Part shown: one piece after another, positions 26,588 to 39,862 of the stretch
How positions within the stretch are numbered: the stretch's first letter is position 1
Layout of the letters: the number at the start of each line of letters is the position of its first letter
Assembly (NCBI RefSeq): GCF_006345805.1
Contig: NC_043011.1
Location: 124,001 to 188,000, forward strand
From: Octopus sinensis
Taxonomy: Eukaryota
Direction of reading: 5' to 3'
DNA: 64,000 bases
Notes under the pieces: model-generated
What the model saw: only the letters and a program-made list of their open reading frames with translations
The model's database searches: none
Told to the model about the DNA's origin: nothing
Program-made: the position numbers and the translations under genes

Positions 26588-27545
26588 TTGTTGTATAGAC
26601 ACCTTTGTTAATAATTCCCACTGCAATAGCAATAGCAACAACAATAGCGATGACGGGGCTATGGTGATGCCGATAAGAACAACGGGTACAGTAATAATTC
26701 TTTTTAATTTGTGGCACAAGTTTCGAGGGGAGGGGGAGGTCGTCTACATCCACCGCGGTGCTCAACTAGCATCCATGTTATGATAGAAGTCAAATCGAAG
26801 TGGATGTACTTCGAATTCAGAACGCAAAGATGGGGGAAATGTGGCTGAACATTTTGTCCGGTGTGTGCTAATGATTCTGTCAGCTCACCGCCTTAGCTAC
26901 AGCAATAATCCTTTCTATTATAGGCCACAAAAGCCTAGAATTTGAGGTGGGGAAGAAGGCGAGTCGATTGGATCGATCTCAGTGCTCAGCTGGGCCTTAC
27001 TTCATTGACCCCCAAAGGATGAAAGACAAAGTCAACCTCACCGGAATTTGAACTCGGATTGTTAGAGAAACTGCTAAGAATTTTGTTCGGCGTGCTAACG
27101 ATGTTGCCACTTCACTGCCTTAGCTACAGCAATAATCCTTGTTACTTTAGACACAAGTCGTGAAATTCTGGGGGAGCGGGATTAGTCGATTACATCAACC
27201 CCAGTGCTCAACTGGGAGTTAATTTATCAACCCCGAAAAAACCACCGTAATAATGAGAGCAGTAAAAGTAAAGGTCAATTAAAAACAAATAATATCTGTC
27301 CCTTTGCCCATTCTTATTTCTTGATTGCCCACAAGGGGCTAAACATAGAAGGGACAAACAAGGAAAGACAAACGGATTAAGTCGATTACATCGACCCCAG
27401 TGCGTAAGTGGTACTTATTTAATCGACCCCGAAAGGATGAAAGGCAAAGTCGACCTCGGCGGAATTTGAACTTAGAACGTAGCGACAGACGAAATACCGC
27501 TAAGCATTTCGCCCGGCATGCTAACGATTCTGCCAGCTCGCTGCC
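24934..27545 (-). mobile_element. Cluster of six same-strand SINE family B copies (24934, 25185, 26690, 26905, 27130, 27315)
   Basis: Shared body ctggtacttatt..atcgaccccgaaaggatgaaaggcaaagtcgacctcggcggaatttgaactc; on minus the tRNA-like head has tggcagaatcgttag / gagttcaaattcc boxes. Confidence 0.8.
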
Positions 27546-27554
27546 AAATCCCTT

Positions 27555-27830
27555 TGACCATTCTGTTTGACCTTTGATTGGTGTGATGTGCAACAACATT
27601 GAAAAATGTCGAATGTAACAATTTCTAAGTCTTCCAATCTCTGCTGACTCCGAATAGCGATCTTTACATGCATTCTTTAAATTTCTTATTTCCGTTCCAA
27701 TCACATTCTCTACGTTGGTCCGTCATTCGCCAGTTCCAGTAACATAGCTAAGTTTGTTTTTTTTTTCTCCTTGTGAGAAAAGGCGGGAGGCTCCTCGCCC
27801 CTCGGCGTTTCTACTTTTTTGGCCACCGTC
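27555..27830. promoter_or_regulatory. Candidate promoter-like island
   Basis: Three CCAAT/ATTGG boxes (~27577, 27634, 27697), GC-box-like aggcgggagg (27781), raised CpG content, non-repetitive. Confidence 0.35.
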
Positions 27831-28005
27831 ACCTTTCTCATGAAGTAACCGATTCTGAAAGAAAGACAGATGCAGAGGACAATGTTGCCGCTGGCGTCGT
27901 TCATGTTGTTGTTGTCGTTGTTGATGATGTTACTATTGGAACATCTAATGTCAGAACTCGCCAGCGCTGTTGTTGTTGTAGTTGTTGTTGTTGTTGGTGT
28001 TGTTG

Positions 28006-28037
<32 letters not shown>

Positions 28038-30094
28038 GATAGTGGTGTTAATATTATTTTCCTTTCTGTCGCCACTGTCGCTAATGTTGCTGCTACTGCC
28101 TCTGTTGTTGATGTTGGCAGTATTGTTGTTGTTGTTATTGTTGTCACAGACCATTATTGTTGAATTCTTTCAAATCCAAAAGAATTGTTGGATGGATGGA
28201 GTTGCATATATGGCAGGTGGAACCGAATGGATCGAACCTGGCTGTTTGTATTGCTCGCAGGAACTAATACGTCAAAGCTAAACAGACAAAGATTTGAACG
28301 CGGTTTAAACACCAAAAGAAATTTTAGTACGGTGTTCGACGATCTGAGTCAACCCTACAACGCTTGGTAACATCGTTAACTTTTATATGAATCAAAGTCG
28401 TAGATAGGCATGGTGATGTTGTGATATTCATGCCTTTTTCGAGTGCCTTAGTGAAGATTACGTTCAGCTCGTGATTAAAGTCGCATCGTAGACTCATCAT
28501 CTCCGCAACCTTCTTATTTGTTTGTGATATTCTCCATAATTTGATGTTGTTGTTCTTCTTCTTAGCATTAGTAGTATTAGTATTATTGCAGCAAGTTTCT
28601 TTGATGCTGGCTGTTGACAGCTTCAGCAGCGAGTGCAACATTATTTGCTACTCAACAGGTACTAATTGGAAAGTTCAAATCGCAGCAGGTACCGACGGTT
28701 GATTGTTAGTGTAAAGCGGTGCAGCTTAGCCGCAAGTAAAGCATATTTGCATCAGGAAATAGTAACTTATTAGTGAGATTAACATCTGCTTCAGTTGCAA
28801 ATACGAGAGACACAGAGGCAGAGGAGGGTGTTGGGTTGGAGGAGGAGCAGAAGACCCCAGGAGAAGATAAGAAAATAGACACTCCGGGTCATATTACTCG
28901 GAATATAAAACTGATAATATCCTTTTTCTGTTTAATTCTGTCATATATTGGTCCAGCCAACAGATTATTGAGTAATAAGGCAGAAGTTAACCAATTGTAA
29001 GTCATTAATCCCACGAGTGACTGGTTCGTTTCTTGCTCCCGGCACTATAGTTGTGTGAATGATAAGAGATATTTCAACAGTAAACACATTCCATTTCAGG
29101 GAATTATTAAAGTGTCTTTTATGGAATCTCGATGCCAATTCTCTTCAAAACGTTCCTGACTTTAGACCCAGAGTCAGTAAATATCATATTGAAATAAACA
29201 AACTTTTCGACCGATTCAAATGTTTGGGACATATTTCACTTACGGAATGCACATGAAAATCCATAGGGGGCGCTCTGAAATGACTTTGGTGTTTAACACA
29301 TTTTACTTAAAGCGAGAATTTTTCTCCGTTGCAAACCGTTGAGAAAATGGTCTTTTCACAAGCCAAACATATTTGATCAAAGATTGTTTATTTCCCAACA
29401 CTGCTTTGCATGCCGACCATGTGTATTATTCTGGAATCTTTAGATTCTTCACTAGATTTAGTTGAATGTAACAGCACAGACACCAAATATGACGAACATG
29501 GCACGCATTTGTTTTGACATCTTCGGTACTTTCTATACGAAGGAAGGCTTCATATAAGTGGAGTTACGCCCTTAACACTGGCCAACCACTTTTCACTGTT
29601 TACCCTCCTACCAAGCAAAATCGCCAGTTTTATTAAATCTAACACCTCACGCCATTAACTTATGATATCACAAAACATCCCCAACACAATAAGGTTCTGT
29701 AGTTCGATATTTGTGGCCTCAAGCAGAAGTGAGTGGCATATTTGGACGCCTCAAAACATTTACAATCAGAATAAATCTTTCAATGGCATCAGCCGAGAAA
29801 GACTGATTTAACCAAATAAACTGCTTATTTGGGGTCAGAATCTTTTGAGCATCAGAAAAATGCAACTTACGTCCCACCGTTGTCAGATTTGCATTTCATT
29901 TCTCCGGTGTCGATAAAATCAAATACTAGTCAAGTACTGGTGTGTATCAAATGAAGCTCAGGACTGCTGGCCTTGTGCCGAAATTAGGAAAATGATGTGG
30001 AAAATAAACTTCAAATGTGAACAATAAAACAGAGCCATAAACCACGTCGGTCTCCCGTTCCAGTGTTTCTCTTATTGACTCGGTCTCACTACAG

Positions 30095-30340
30095 CAGGAA
30101 AGTACATGGTCTAGTGGTTAGAATGTTACACGCACAACTGCAAGATGGTGGTTTCGATTCCCGGACCGGGCACTGCGTTATGTTCATCAGCAAACACTTC
30201 ATTATACGTTGTTCCATTTTACTCAGTTGTAAATTAGTAACTCGGTGATAGACTGGCGTCCCATCCGGGGGAATTGAGATAATCTCTGTTGCTATGGAAA
30301 CAGGCTAATCGGCCCTATGAGACCTAGGGTCCTAGATAGT
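30095..30340 (+). mobile_element. tRNA-derived SINE, family D
   Basis: A box tggtctagtggttag, B box ggtttcgattcc, body gatagactggcgtcccatccggggg. Confidence 0.65.
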
Positions 30341-30493
30341 AATGTTCAGAGGACTAATCTTACTTAAACCCACATTACTGTACAACAGTATGTCTCTATC
30401 CAGCTGTGTGTGTATAACTATAAATGTATATCTGTAAGTCGATGATTGAAAGGAATCTGTTCCTCCATTTTCTTATTTGTATTATGTATGTAT

Positions 30494-30605
<112 letters not shown>

Positions 30606-31504
30606 TATAATGGAGAAAACTGCTTATTAGTTAGGTATGTAATAGTTACGAAAAGAAAGCAATTATTAAAGGCTTGACCGTCCGGTAGTTTTTTTATAAG
30701 TTCATGTTCCAAGAAATATTCTGTAATTCCAATTTCTAAAGTTTATTGAATATTTGAAAAAAAGTTTTTTCACAAATTTAAATATTTGTTGCATTCACTG
30801 CGGGGTAGATTTTAATGTTTAATAAACAATATTAATTCGTTGCAGGTTAAATTTTCGTTTTCATTTGCAACGGTCTCTCTCTCTCTCTCGCTTCTCTTTT
30901 AATATCTATTCGTTTCAAGTTTTAATTCGCTATATGCAAAACCCACAGTTTATTCTATATACGTAATGTAAAAAAAATATTTATTGAACAAATGAATGCT
31001 ATCAGACAAAATAGCTTTATAACTTTGAGGTTTATGATACGGGGATCAACTTCAAGAATAATATCATTTTCGAAGTTTGTTAAATGAGTATTTTTGATAA
31101 AATGAAAATCTTCTAATATACCGGTATAATTTTTTTTTAAATTAAAAAATGATTTTGTTGGTAGGACAGTTTGAAACACTACAAGCCTTACAGTAACAAC
31201 TATGTGATCGCTGCTATTTCTAGCACGCTAAACGTAATTGGGTTACCTTGAACTTTGTTTAAATTAAAGATATATTACAACTACGTTAAATTACTAAGAA
31301 AAATATTTACTGAGCAAGTGAGATTTTTTATAAATTGAAGTTTTCAGGAAACTTTACTTTCTGAACTTCCTTTTATAATTGAATATTTCGATTCACAAAT
31401 TTAAATATTCGTTACAAGATAGTTTTTAACGCGCTTTTAGTTGTACGATTCTTTCATTTCATGTTTACCTCCTTCATTGTTTGCAATGTTCTTCCCCACC
31501 TCCA

Positions 31505-31535
<31 letters not shown>

Positions 31536-31654
31536 GCAGACATACACTATCTCTCCAATATAAACGCACACTATCTCTGTAATATAAACACACATACACA
31601 CTCCAGTTTTGATTTCGTTATCACACAAATATCACATTAGACTTTTGCAATTCA

Positions 31655-32130
31655 ACATGGAGTGTCCAAAAAGATGTGCGACTGAAGAAGAACATTTAAC
31701 AGCAAAGACAGGACGGCAGAGAGAAGGACAGGCGACTGAATCAAATGAAACCAGGGCAAAGCGACTGAAACAAATCTCTGGATGTGCACGTAGACTTAGA
31801 AATGATTTTGTTACCGCTACACATGACCGACTGGTTAGGGTATCTCAAGAGGAGAATATTTTACCTCAAAATAAGACGTTCACCATCTGTGACTGTTCAG
31901 CTGCTTATTGATAAGCAGTATCGAATGAGAAACCTTTCAAACGTCAGTGAGAGACAAACAAAATCACCAGCACCAACAAACAAAGTGCTGAGAGACGGAA
32001 CTGAATATTTACAATAGACTAAAAGATTTTCAACTTTTTCACTTCGCATTTCGCTAAAACCTGAAGCTTTTAATCCCATCGAACAAATACAGCTACCATT
32101 GGCAAGAATTGAACTCGTCATATCCGTAGT
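31655..32130 (+). pseudogene. Possible Helitron RepHel N-terminal relic
   Basis: QATESNETRAKRLKQ resembles the E-x-R-x-x-RL (STPR-like) repeats at Helitron N-termini; no Rep motifs seen. Confidence 0.25.
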
Positions 32131-32274
32131 TAAACTTCCTGTTACTAGACTTTTAACAAATATATTTCTCTGCGGCAGAGAGACAGGATAACAATCTGCA
32201 ATAGCAGATTATGGGATCGCATCACCAGTTAAGTGCTTACCACTGTGAACCGCACACACATTGGTCATAAGTTG

Positions 32275-32355
<81 letters not shown>

Positions 32356-32661
32356 CGTACATACGTATGTGTGTGTGTGTGTGTACTTCCCTCCCCGGTT
32401 GGTGGTATTGAGCAATGAATAATGAACCTTTATTGCACCCGTCAAAATAATCCTCATTTAAAATCTATCATTTCGTAACCAATAAAATGCTTATATTTTA
32501 AAATTGCTCGATCGCTGCGGCTAACATTAATTAAGACTCGCGGTCCATCATTGTTGCTTTTTTTCCTGAAATTTCATAAATAGATTACATTATCGGATGC
32601 TTATTTTGGACAACACTTATATTGCTAGTGCCAATGCTGTTGCTATTGTTGTTTTTGTTGC

Positions 32662-32696
<35 letters not shown>

Positions 32697-34049
32697 GAGT
32701 TATTATATTTTGTCGTAGCAAGATGTGTTACATCTCGCTTCCGCTTGGATTTTACTGTTTGTCGATTTTTCCCCTCTAACAATTGGATGTTTATTGTTGT
32801 ATCGTGTCTTGTTACATCCAGATATGTATGTGTTCGTACGTGTCGTGTGTGTGGTGGTGGGGCGTGTACTGTGCATCTGGGTTTCCCTTTTCAGTGGGTG
32901 GCTGTGTAGGGAGAAATGCATTTTTGAAGATAAGTTTTGTCCTTGTTTGCGTTCGCTCAAAATGTCGATATGTTTGATAATAACAAATAACGACAACTCT
33001 TTCTCATACACACATAAACACACACACGTCTCAAAAGTGCCTGTCTTCTCGGCTGAAGAATTTATTCAAGAACGCGGAAGTAGAAAAGTAACAAACTTCT
33101 GCCATTCGACCAGCAAGAACTTTCTGTGTGGCCTCGAAAGAAAGAATCTTTCTCCGATATGTGGACAGACGTGGTCGCCATAAACTACAACAGGATATAT
33201 AGGAAAGCCAACCTAGATTTCAAGATCGAGGTGTGGCGAATCGACTGGCGATGTTGGTGGGTCAACCACACCTGCCCGTAGGCTCATACCATAATACAAG
33301 ACCCTTGAAATACAAGGGTCAGACTTAAAGGAATTGGTTGGGTTCTTGACTCGCGATTCAATGACATCTTGGTGAGTAGAGTGAGCAGAGGTGAGTAGAA
33401 ATGATACGAAGAGGTTTATCTGGACATAAAAGTTCTGACGAGCCACGAAAATTCTATCGTGGGTACGGAAACACAAGTTGTGGGTTTTGGCGGTGTAGAC
33501 CCCAATACCGGTTGCTCCAAAAAGAAAGAGAAAGAGAAGAGAGAGACCAACTTCAACGACATTAGCAGCAACAACGTCATGAAAAACAGGTGAAGAGAAG
33601 GCTGCTGTTGCTGTATCGCTGCCAATTACTCTACCGGCTGCTACTCCGAGGATGATTAAAAACACACCCTCTCCAGGTTCTGAAACCAATGGCCCGGGAT
33701 CTCCTTTCCATTTTCTTTTTCATTCTCTCTCTCTTCTTTTTCTCCTTCTGTTTCTCCCTCTTCTTCACGCTTATTCGTTCATTCCACTCTTCGTTCTTTC
33801 GTTTCCCCTCTCTCACATTTCTTTGCCTTCTCTTCTTACTCACTTTCCCTCCACTTTTCACTTCACTGTGTCCCTGTAAGTTTTTTCTCGCCCCTCCTTA
33901 ATTCTTCTGTCCCTCTGCTTCTACTTCTCTTCCCACGTGACCGGCGTTCTTTCTTGGTCTGGCCGTTGTCCGTGCAACATGGATATTCCTCACTGTGTTT
34001 GTGAAATCTAGTAACCCTGTCGCAAGGCTTTACCTCTACACACGCCAGC

Positions 34050-34405
34050 TTAATTTAATTCGTCCTTAGTCGAAAGACACCTGTTGTTATGTCCTGTTAC
34101 TATTTTTATTGTATTTGTGTAACATTGTCTGTTGTTTCGTCCTTGTTATTATATACATTCGCTGCTTTCTTCCAAGGAATCTAATGCTCTAAGCTTAGTT
34201 TTCCCTGGAGCTGGGCAGATTGGAGCAATTTCAAATATGATCGGCCGAAATTGCGAAGATAATCTGGTACTTGACTGAGGAAAAAACTTCGAATGACCCG
34301 TCCTAGTTTTCTTTGTATCGTCTATCTGGATATTTTGTTGTCCCATTTTTCGTATGACCTAACTGTCCGAATGTTTTGCGTTCTTGTCCCATTTTGTATT
34401 ATATA
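34050..34405 (+). mobile_element. TA-adjacent PLE terminal-repeat-like fragment
   Basis: 3' end atgttttgcgttcttgtcccattttgtatt recurs at 47021; degenerate ctgagga...cgaat motif at 34273. Confidence 0.45.
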
Positions 34406-34478
34406 TATACATATATATATATATTATATATATATATACATATATATGCATATATATATATACTATATATACATATAT

Positions 34479-34534
<56 letters not shown>

Positions 34535-34621
34535 CATATATATATACATATATATATATACATATATATATATATATTATCTATATATATATATATATAC
34601 TATATATACATATATATATAC

Positions 34622-34675
<54 letters not shown>

Positions 34676-34787
34676 AGTTTAAATATATATATATATATAT
34701 AAAAAACAATTGCAGCGTGGAAGGTGTTTGTAAGCCATTTAAGAAACACACAAAAGCCGTTCGATTCACTTCAACATTTAAGTTTAA

Positions 34788-34837
34788 TTTGTCAAAATAT
34801 TTTCGTCGCTAAAATCTGCGACCTGTTCACTGACAAA
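34788..34837 (-). ncRNA. Hammerhead-ribozyme fold with G3/C8 core variant
   Basis: Minus: tttgtca-GTGAACA-G-gtcgc(agatttta)gcgac-GAA-AATATT-T-tgacaaa; 7-bp stem I, 5-bp stem II, palindromic stem III. Confidence 0.7.
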
Positions 34838-34856
34838 AATCCGTGCTGCATCTCTA

Positions 34857-35500
34857 GTTTATCTGTTGTTTCAGTACCCAGTCAAAGTGCTGCCGCAACT
34901 GTGTGAGGCAGCTCCTTCCTGGACGGAAGCCATGTTGCGAGTTTGCGAGAAGGTTGTTTTCTTCTAGGAACGTGATCAGCCTTTTTCTGATAATCTCTTA
35001 CTAACATGTGAGGTCAGAGAGATGGCCCTGTAGTTTTTAGCATCTGCTCTGCTCCCACCTTTATAGACAGGGCATATTATACCCCCTTTTAGCATGTTGG
35101 GAAGTTTACCACATGTAAGGAAACTCTGAAAGAGTATCTGCAGTGGCTTTGCAAGAGCCTTTTTATATGTCTTTAAGAGAACAGCTGGGGTTCCATCTGG
35201 GCCTTTTGCTGAGTTTGATCTCATCGCATGAATGGCCGATATGACATCCACTTCTGTTGTGTTGATGTAATCGATGGTTGCCTCTTTTCCGAATAGATTC
35301 ATTACATTGAAAAACTCTTTCGGTTTATTTAGTTGCATATTTTCCAGTTGCATATTTTCGGAATTGTTTATTAAGTGCTTCACTTATCTTCCCCGAGTCT
35401 GCAGTTAGTGAGCCGTTTTCACCAAATAGTGGTCCTATCTTATAGCGTACTAAGGCAGACTCCTTTGCCAACGTGTAGAATGCTTTAGGATTTCTTTTTA
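34857..35500 (-). mobile_element. CR1/L2-group LINE RT N-terminal fragment
   Basis: SAKGPDGTPAVLLK...ICPVYKGGSRADAKNYRAISLTSHVSK...QHGFRPGRSCLTQL; same family as 10255-11630. Confidence 0.85.
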
Positions 35501-35571
35501 TATTTTCGACGAATGGAAACGTGAAACTCTGAGTAACAATCTTTGTGATGTCTTTGCAGCTTATTAATAAA

Positions 35572-35735
<164 letters not shown>

Positions 35736-36066
35736 ATATACACACACACATATACATACTTTGTGTGTGTTTATCTATGTACCTACTTTAGCAGTATGTA
35801 TATACTTTGTCCATTCGTGGTGTAGCGAACCCATTTTTTCTCTTTTGGAAAACTGAAGTGGTGCTTTAGAAACATCACGTGTTGCCTTGATAACTTTGTG
35901 AAGTTTATTGAATAATATGCAAAGATATATATTTTGAGTTTAATTACAATTTCAACTTCATTTAGGTAAAAGATAAAGAAAAGTGTGCCCAACACACTGC
36001 TCGAGGGGACAGCACAAATGGTTTATAATACAGAGTGACAGCGATATGCAGTGGCGTTTATAAATA

Positions 36067-36342
36067 CCAACTTGTTACCTGTTCAGACATGCTTCAGGCA
36101 TTTTCGAACCCGGAAGAAAGCTATTCATTGTATTTTCTCATGGAGAACATTTCTCAATGTGGACAAATCAGTCTACACCCCGAATCAGCTCACCGAACAC
36201 CCGAACCAGACTGTGGAGTGCATTTATTTCGGAATGGCTATCTCCTTTTATGCAACCGACATCGGAAAGGCAGACGCTGCAGATTTATGCGCGAGACGGG
36301 TTCGAATATGCTTCAGATACTCTGGAACTGCTTACAAGTTGG
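36067..36342. mobile_element. MITE with ~50-bp imperfect TIRs and TA TSD
   Basis: ta|ccaacttg...ttcgaacccg vs cgggttcgaa...caagttgg|ta. Confidence 0.65.
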
Positions 36343-36372
36343 TAATGATTTTGGATATAGAGGAGTGGGTAC

Positions 36373-36443
<71 letters not shown>

Positions 36444-36591
36444 GGTATGTATATATGTCATAATTCAGTTTTATTTCAAGTTTTCTTGCCAATAAAGAAC
36501 CGGTTTCTAACCTAGATCCAGCACCACTTCATTGGAATTTCAACATCAACAATAGGGTATTTTTGTATGTATGTATGTATGTATGTAGGTT

Positions 36592-36679
<88 letters not shown>

Positions 36680-36800
36680 AATACATGCATACGCATGGTG
36701 ATGGAGCTGTTGGAAGTGGCGGTTGTGATTGTGGTACTGGTTGTATTGGTAGTGTTATTTGGTGAGGTTAATGATATTACCCTCAATGATGGTTCTTATT

Positions 36801-36843
<43 letters not shown>

Positions 36844-37124
36844 TTTAGCAAGAGGATTATGTTGTTGTTGTTGTTGATCATAATGGAGGCAGCGGTGATG
36901 ATGGAGTTAATGGTGACAACGAATATAGTTATACTGTGTGTGTTTTAGGGAGGATGGTGTTGAAAATTAGATCATGATGAGGGGCAGAATCAGAGCTAGA
37001 AAGATAGACAGGTACAAAAGAAGAGAAGGGAAATGAAAGAAAGGAAGAGGGAGAGAAAGGAAAACACAGAGAGGGGAGCGGGAGAGAGAGAACATGTGTA
37101 AAATATAAACTAGGTGAAATGTAT

Positions 37125-37165
<41 letters not shown>

Positions 37166-38062
37166 GTATGTATACCAAGCTGGTCTAAACCAGTAGAGAG
37201 TGGGAAATTGTGGAAAGAGAAAGGGAGAGAAAGAGGAAGGGAAGATGTGAATGAGGGAGAGAGAATAAGAGAAAGCTGGTCATAGATTGCCTGTCAAGAA
37301 AACCTATCCAAGTATTTAATCATCAAACAATGTGTGAGATTTCGCCCTCGGGGCTTGGGGTTGCTTCAATCGAATTTTTATCCGTAATTCGAGTAGGACC
37401 ATCAAACATTTTGACAACTGAATCCCCAAACCACGTCCTTTCAATGAATTATTGTTTTAGACTTTCACTCCCTTTCTTTCCTCCCCCCACACCTTTCCCC
37501 CACTTTCGGGTGGTTGGGGATGTAGTGGGGGGCGTGGGGGGCGTGGGGCTCTTTCTCATTTCCTTCTCTCAAATCTCTCGTTCTTTTGCTCTACCACGTT
37601 GTTGTTGTTGTTGCTGTTGTTGTTGTATGCTTTATTCGTTCGTTTGTTAAATTCGGTTTTGTCGTTGTCATCCAACAACAGGTTGCTTGTTGCTATTGTT
37701 GATGAAATTCTGATTATAGTAGTTGTTGTGGTTGTTGTTGTTGTTGCTGCTGCAGTTGTTGTTGTTGCTGTTGCAGTCGCAGCTTTGCTTCTCGTTGCCA
37801 AAACGCGTCGTCCTTACAGTTTGGGTTCATACTGCCCTCAATCCCCTTCCACTTAAGCAAAGCTCAACTCAAAATCCTTGACCTAAATATAAAATGTACT
37901 CACTCAGCATACAAACCCTTTAAAGTCTACGCACATATGTGGTGGGGGAGGAGGTGCGTATGTGTGTAAAAAGTTGTACACATGCATTGTAGATATTTGT
38001 GTGTGTTGTGTATAGCGCTTGATGTGTGCTTTTTCACGTGTGTACACGTGTGTGTGTGTCTG

Positions 38063-38113
<51 letters not shown>

Positions 38114-38114
38114 T

Positions 38115-39100
38115 ATAGGCGTGAGTCGTCTAGGAGGTTTTTTCGCTCAGCAGAGTTAGCCGATATGGAAAGGAATATGGCGACTGTTCTCCATTGTCGG
38201 AGGTGAATGGACACATCCAGTTTGCGATTGCTGTGAAAGAAAAAGTGAAACGAAAATGAGCAGGGAATTAGGTTAGGAGTTATGTCGGGGTACTGTAATC
38301 GGGCTCTGGCAGCCAGCGGTTTCAAGGATTGTATTAGTTATATGCCAGACTCTAGCCCCCACCCCAAGAGAAAGCACCAACGGAAAGTGTTGTGGTTCTC
38401 ACCGCCTTTCTCTTTATATGTTAAAACCAGAGTAGGTAAGATCTTCCTTAGATTAGTTGATGAACACTTCCCCCGTACAATTAGATACAACAAAATATTT
38501 AATAGACATACCCTGAGAATCTCCTTTAGCTGAGCACCTAGTGTAAAACAGACTTTAATAGGTAGGCCCCAACATATGCCCTACACACACATTGTATCCA
38601 CACACACACAAACGCATACATTATACCCCTACACACACCGCACGCTAATATAAAGACTCCATGACTTTAATCAATACAGTAAGAAAACAGACTAACGAAA
38701 CACAATTATATATACCTACAACCCTGGAAACAATTATACATATGACACCACTACACATATCACATACCCCATCCCCACAAGATCACCACACTTTATAACG
38801 CACACATTTTCCATAAACAGTTCAAGATAACTCTTACCGGCTTATCCAACCAAGGGACATAACTCCCAACCTAATCCCCTGCTCATTTTCATTTCACCAT
38901 CTTTTTCACAGCAACTGCAAACCGGATGTGTCTATTCACCTCCCACAATAGAGAGCAGTTGCCATATTCCTTTCCATATCGATTAACTCTGATGATTGTA
39001 AGATCATATAATTGGATTGTTGTCTAACACTCCGTTGTATTCCTTGCGCGAAACTGATTGGTGTGATCAGCCGTGATGGATATATAATACTGTACATTTC
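38115..39100 (+). mobile_element. 5'-truncated Penelope-like element with inverted 5' pseudo-LTR
   Basis: YCNRALAASGF...RKVLWFSPPFSLYVKTRVGKIFLRLVDEHFP...KIFNRHTLRISFS; 38150-38287 is the reverse complement of 38857-38995; CTGATGA...GAAA at 38990-39055. Confidence 0.75.
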
Positions 39101-39102
39101 GG

Positions 39103-39142
<40 letters not shown>

Positions 39143-39862
39143 CATATTCTGTTCTTCTATATTATATATACATGTATATACATGTCCTATTTACTGCCAT
39201 TAACATTATTACAGAAGTATATTTAAAACTACATTATTAACAGTCAAAATATTAATTTTCAAGTACTTCATCTTTTCCAGTTCCTTTATTACTAAATGAC
39301 AACATTGAATTAAAATTAATGTATAAAAACATTGTTATATTTTTCATTTATTGTTCTAAGCTCACGATTTCTTCGAAAAAAATAACAGAATTAATAAACG
39401 ACATTTATTAAACTTTAATTACTGTTTATAAAGAATTTCTTCTGTTAAGTTTTCCGGCTAATAATTAAATCTCTTTCATTTACTGAAAACCTCTATTCAA
39501 GCATTTTTCATTAAATCCACATGGTTCTTCCAAGGATACGGGAAGTACACACACGGACACACAGACGCACGAACATTGATCTCTCCATCTATCTGTCATT
39601 CGAGCTATTTATACATTTGTACATACAAACACACACGACGCGCGTGCACGCACGTATATTTGCTGGTTATATTTAAGATTAAAGTTTAGTCAGGAGACTT
39701 TAAAATGTAGCATCCAAATCTTGTTTTGGGTTTATCCCTGGTAGTGTTCCTTGAGAGCAATTTCACCAATCACGGCTAACAAGCGCCATCCGCAGTACAG
39801 CAGTTTCGTCGCAGGATCTACGAAAGGAATTTCTTGGTACACGTTTTGTGCATTTTAAATTA

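Noticed and set aside
28590-28625. Partial similarity to the miR-2 family (acagccagcatcaaag)
   Set aside because: No precursor hairpin or full mature match.
29480-29880. Possible Tc1 transposase relic on minus
   Set aside because: Only vague FSD/RRP resemblance; no TIRs or catalytic motifs supportable.
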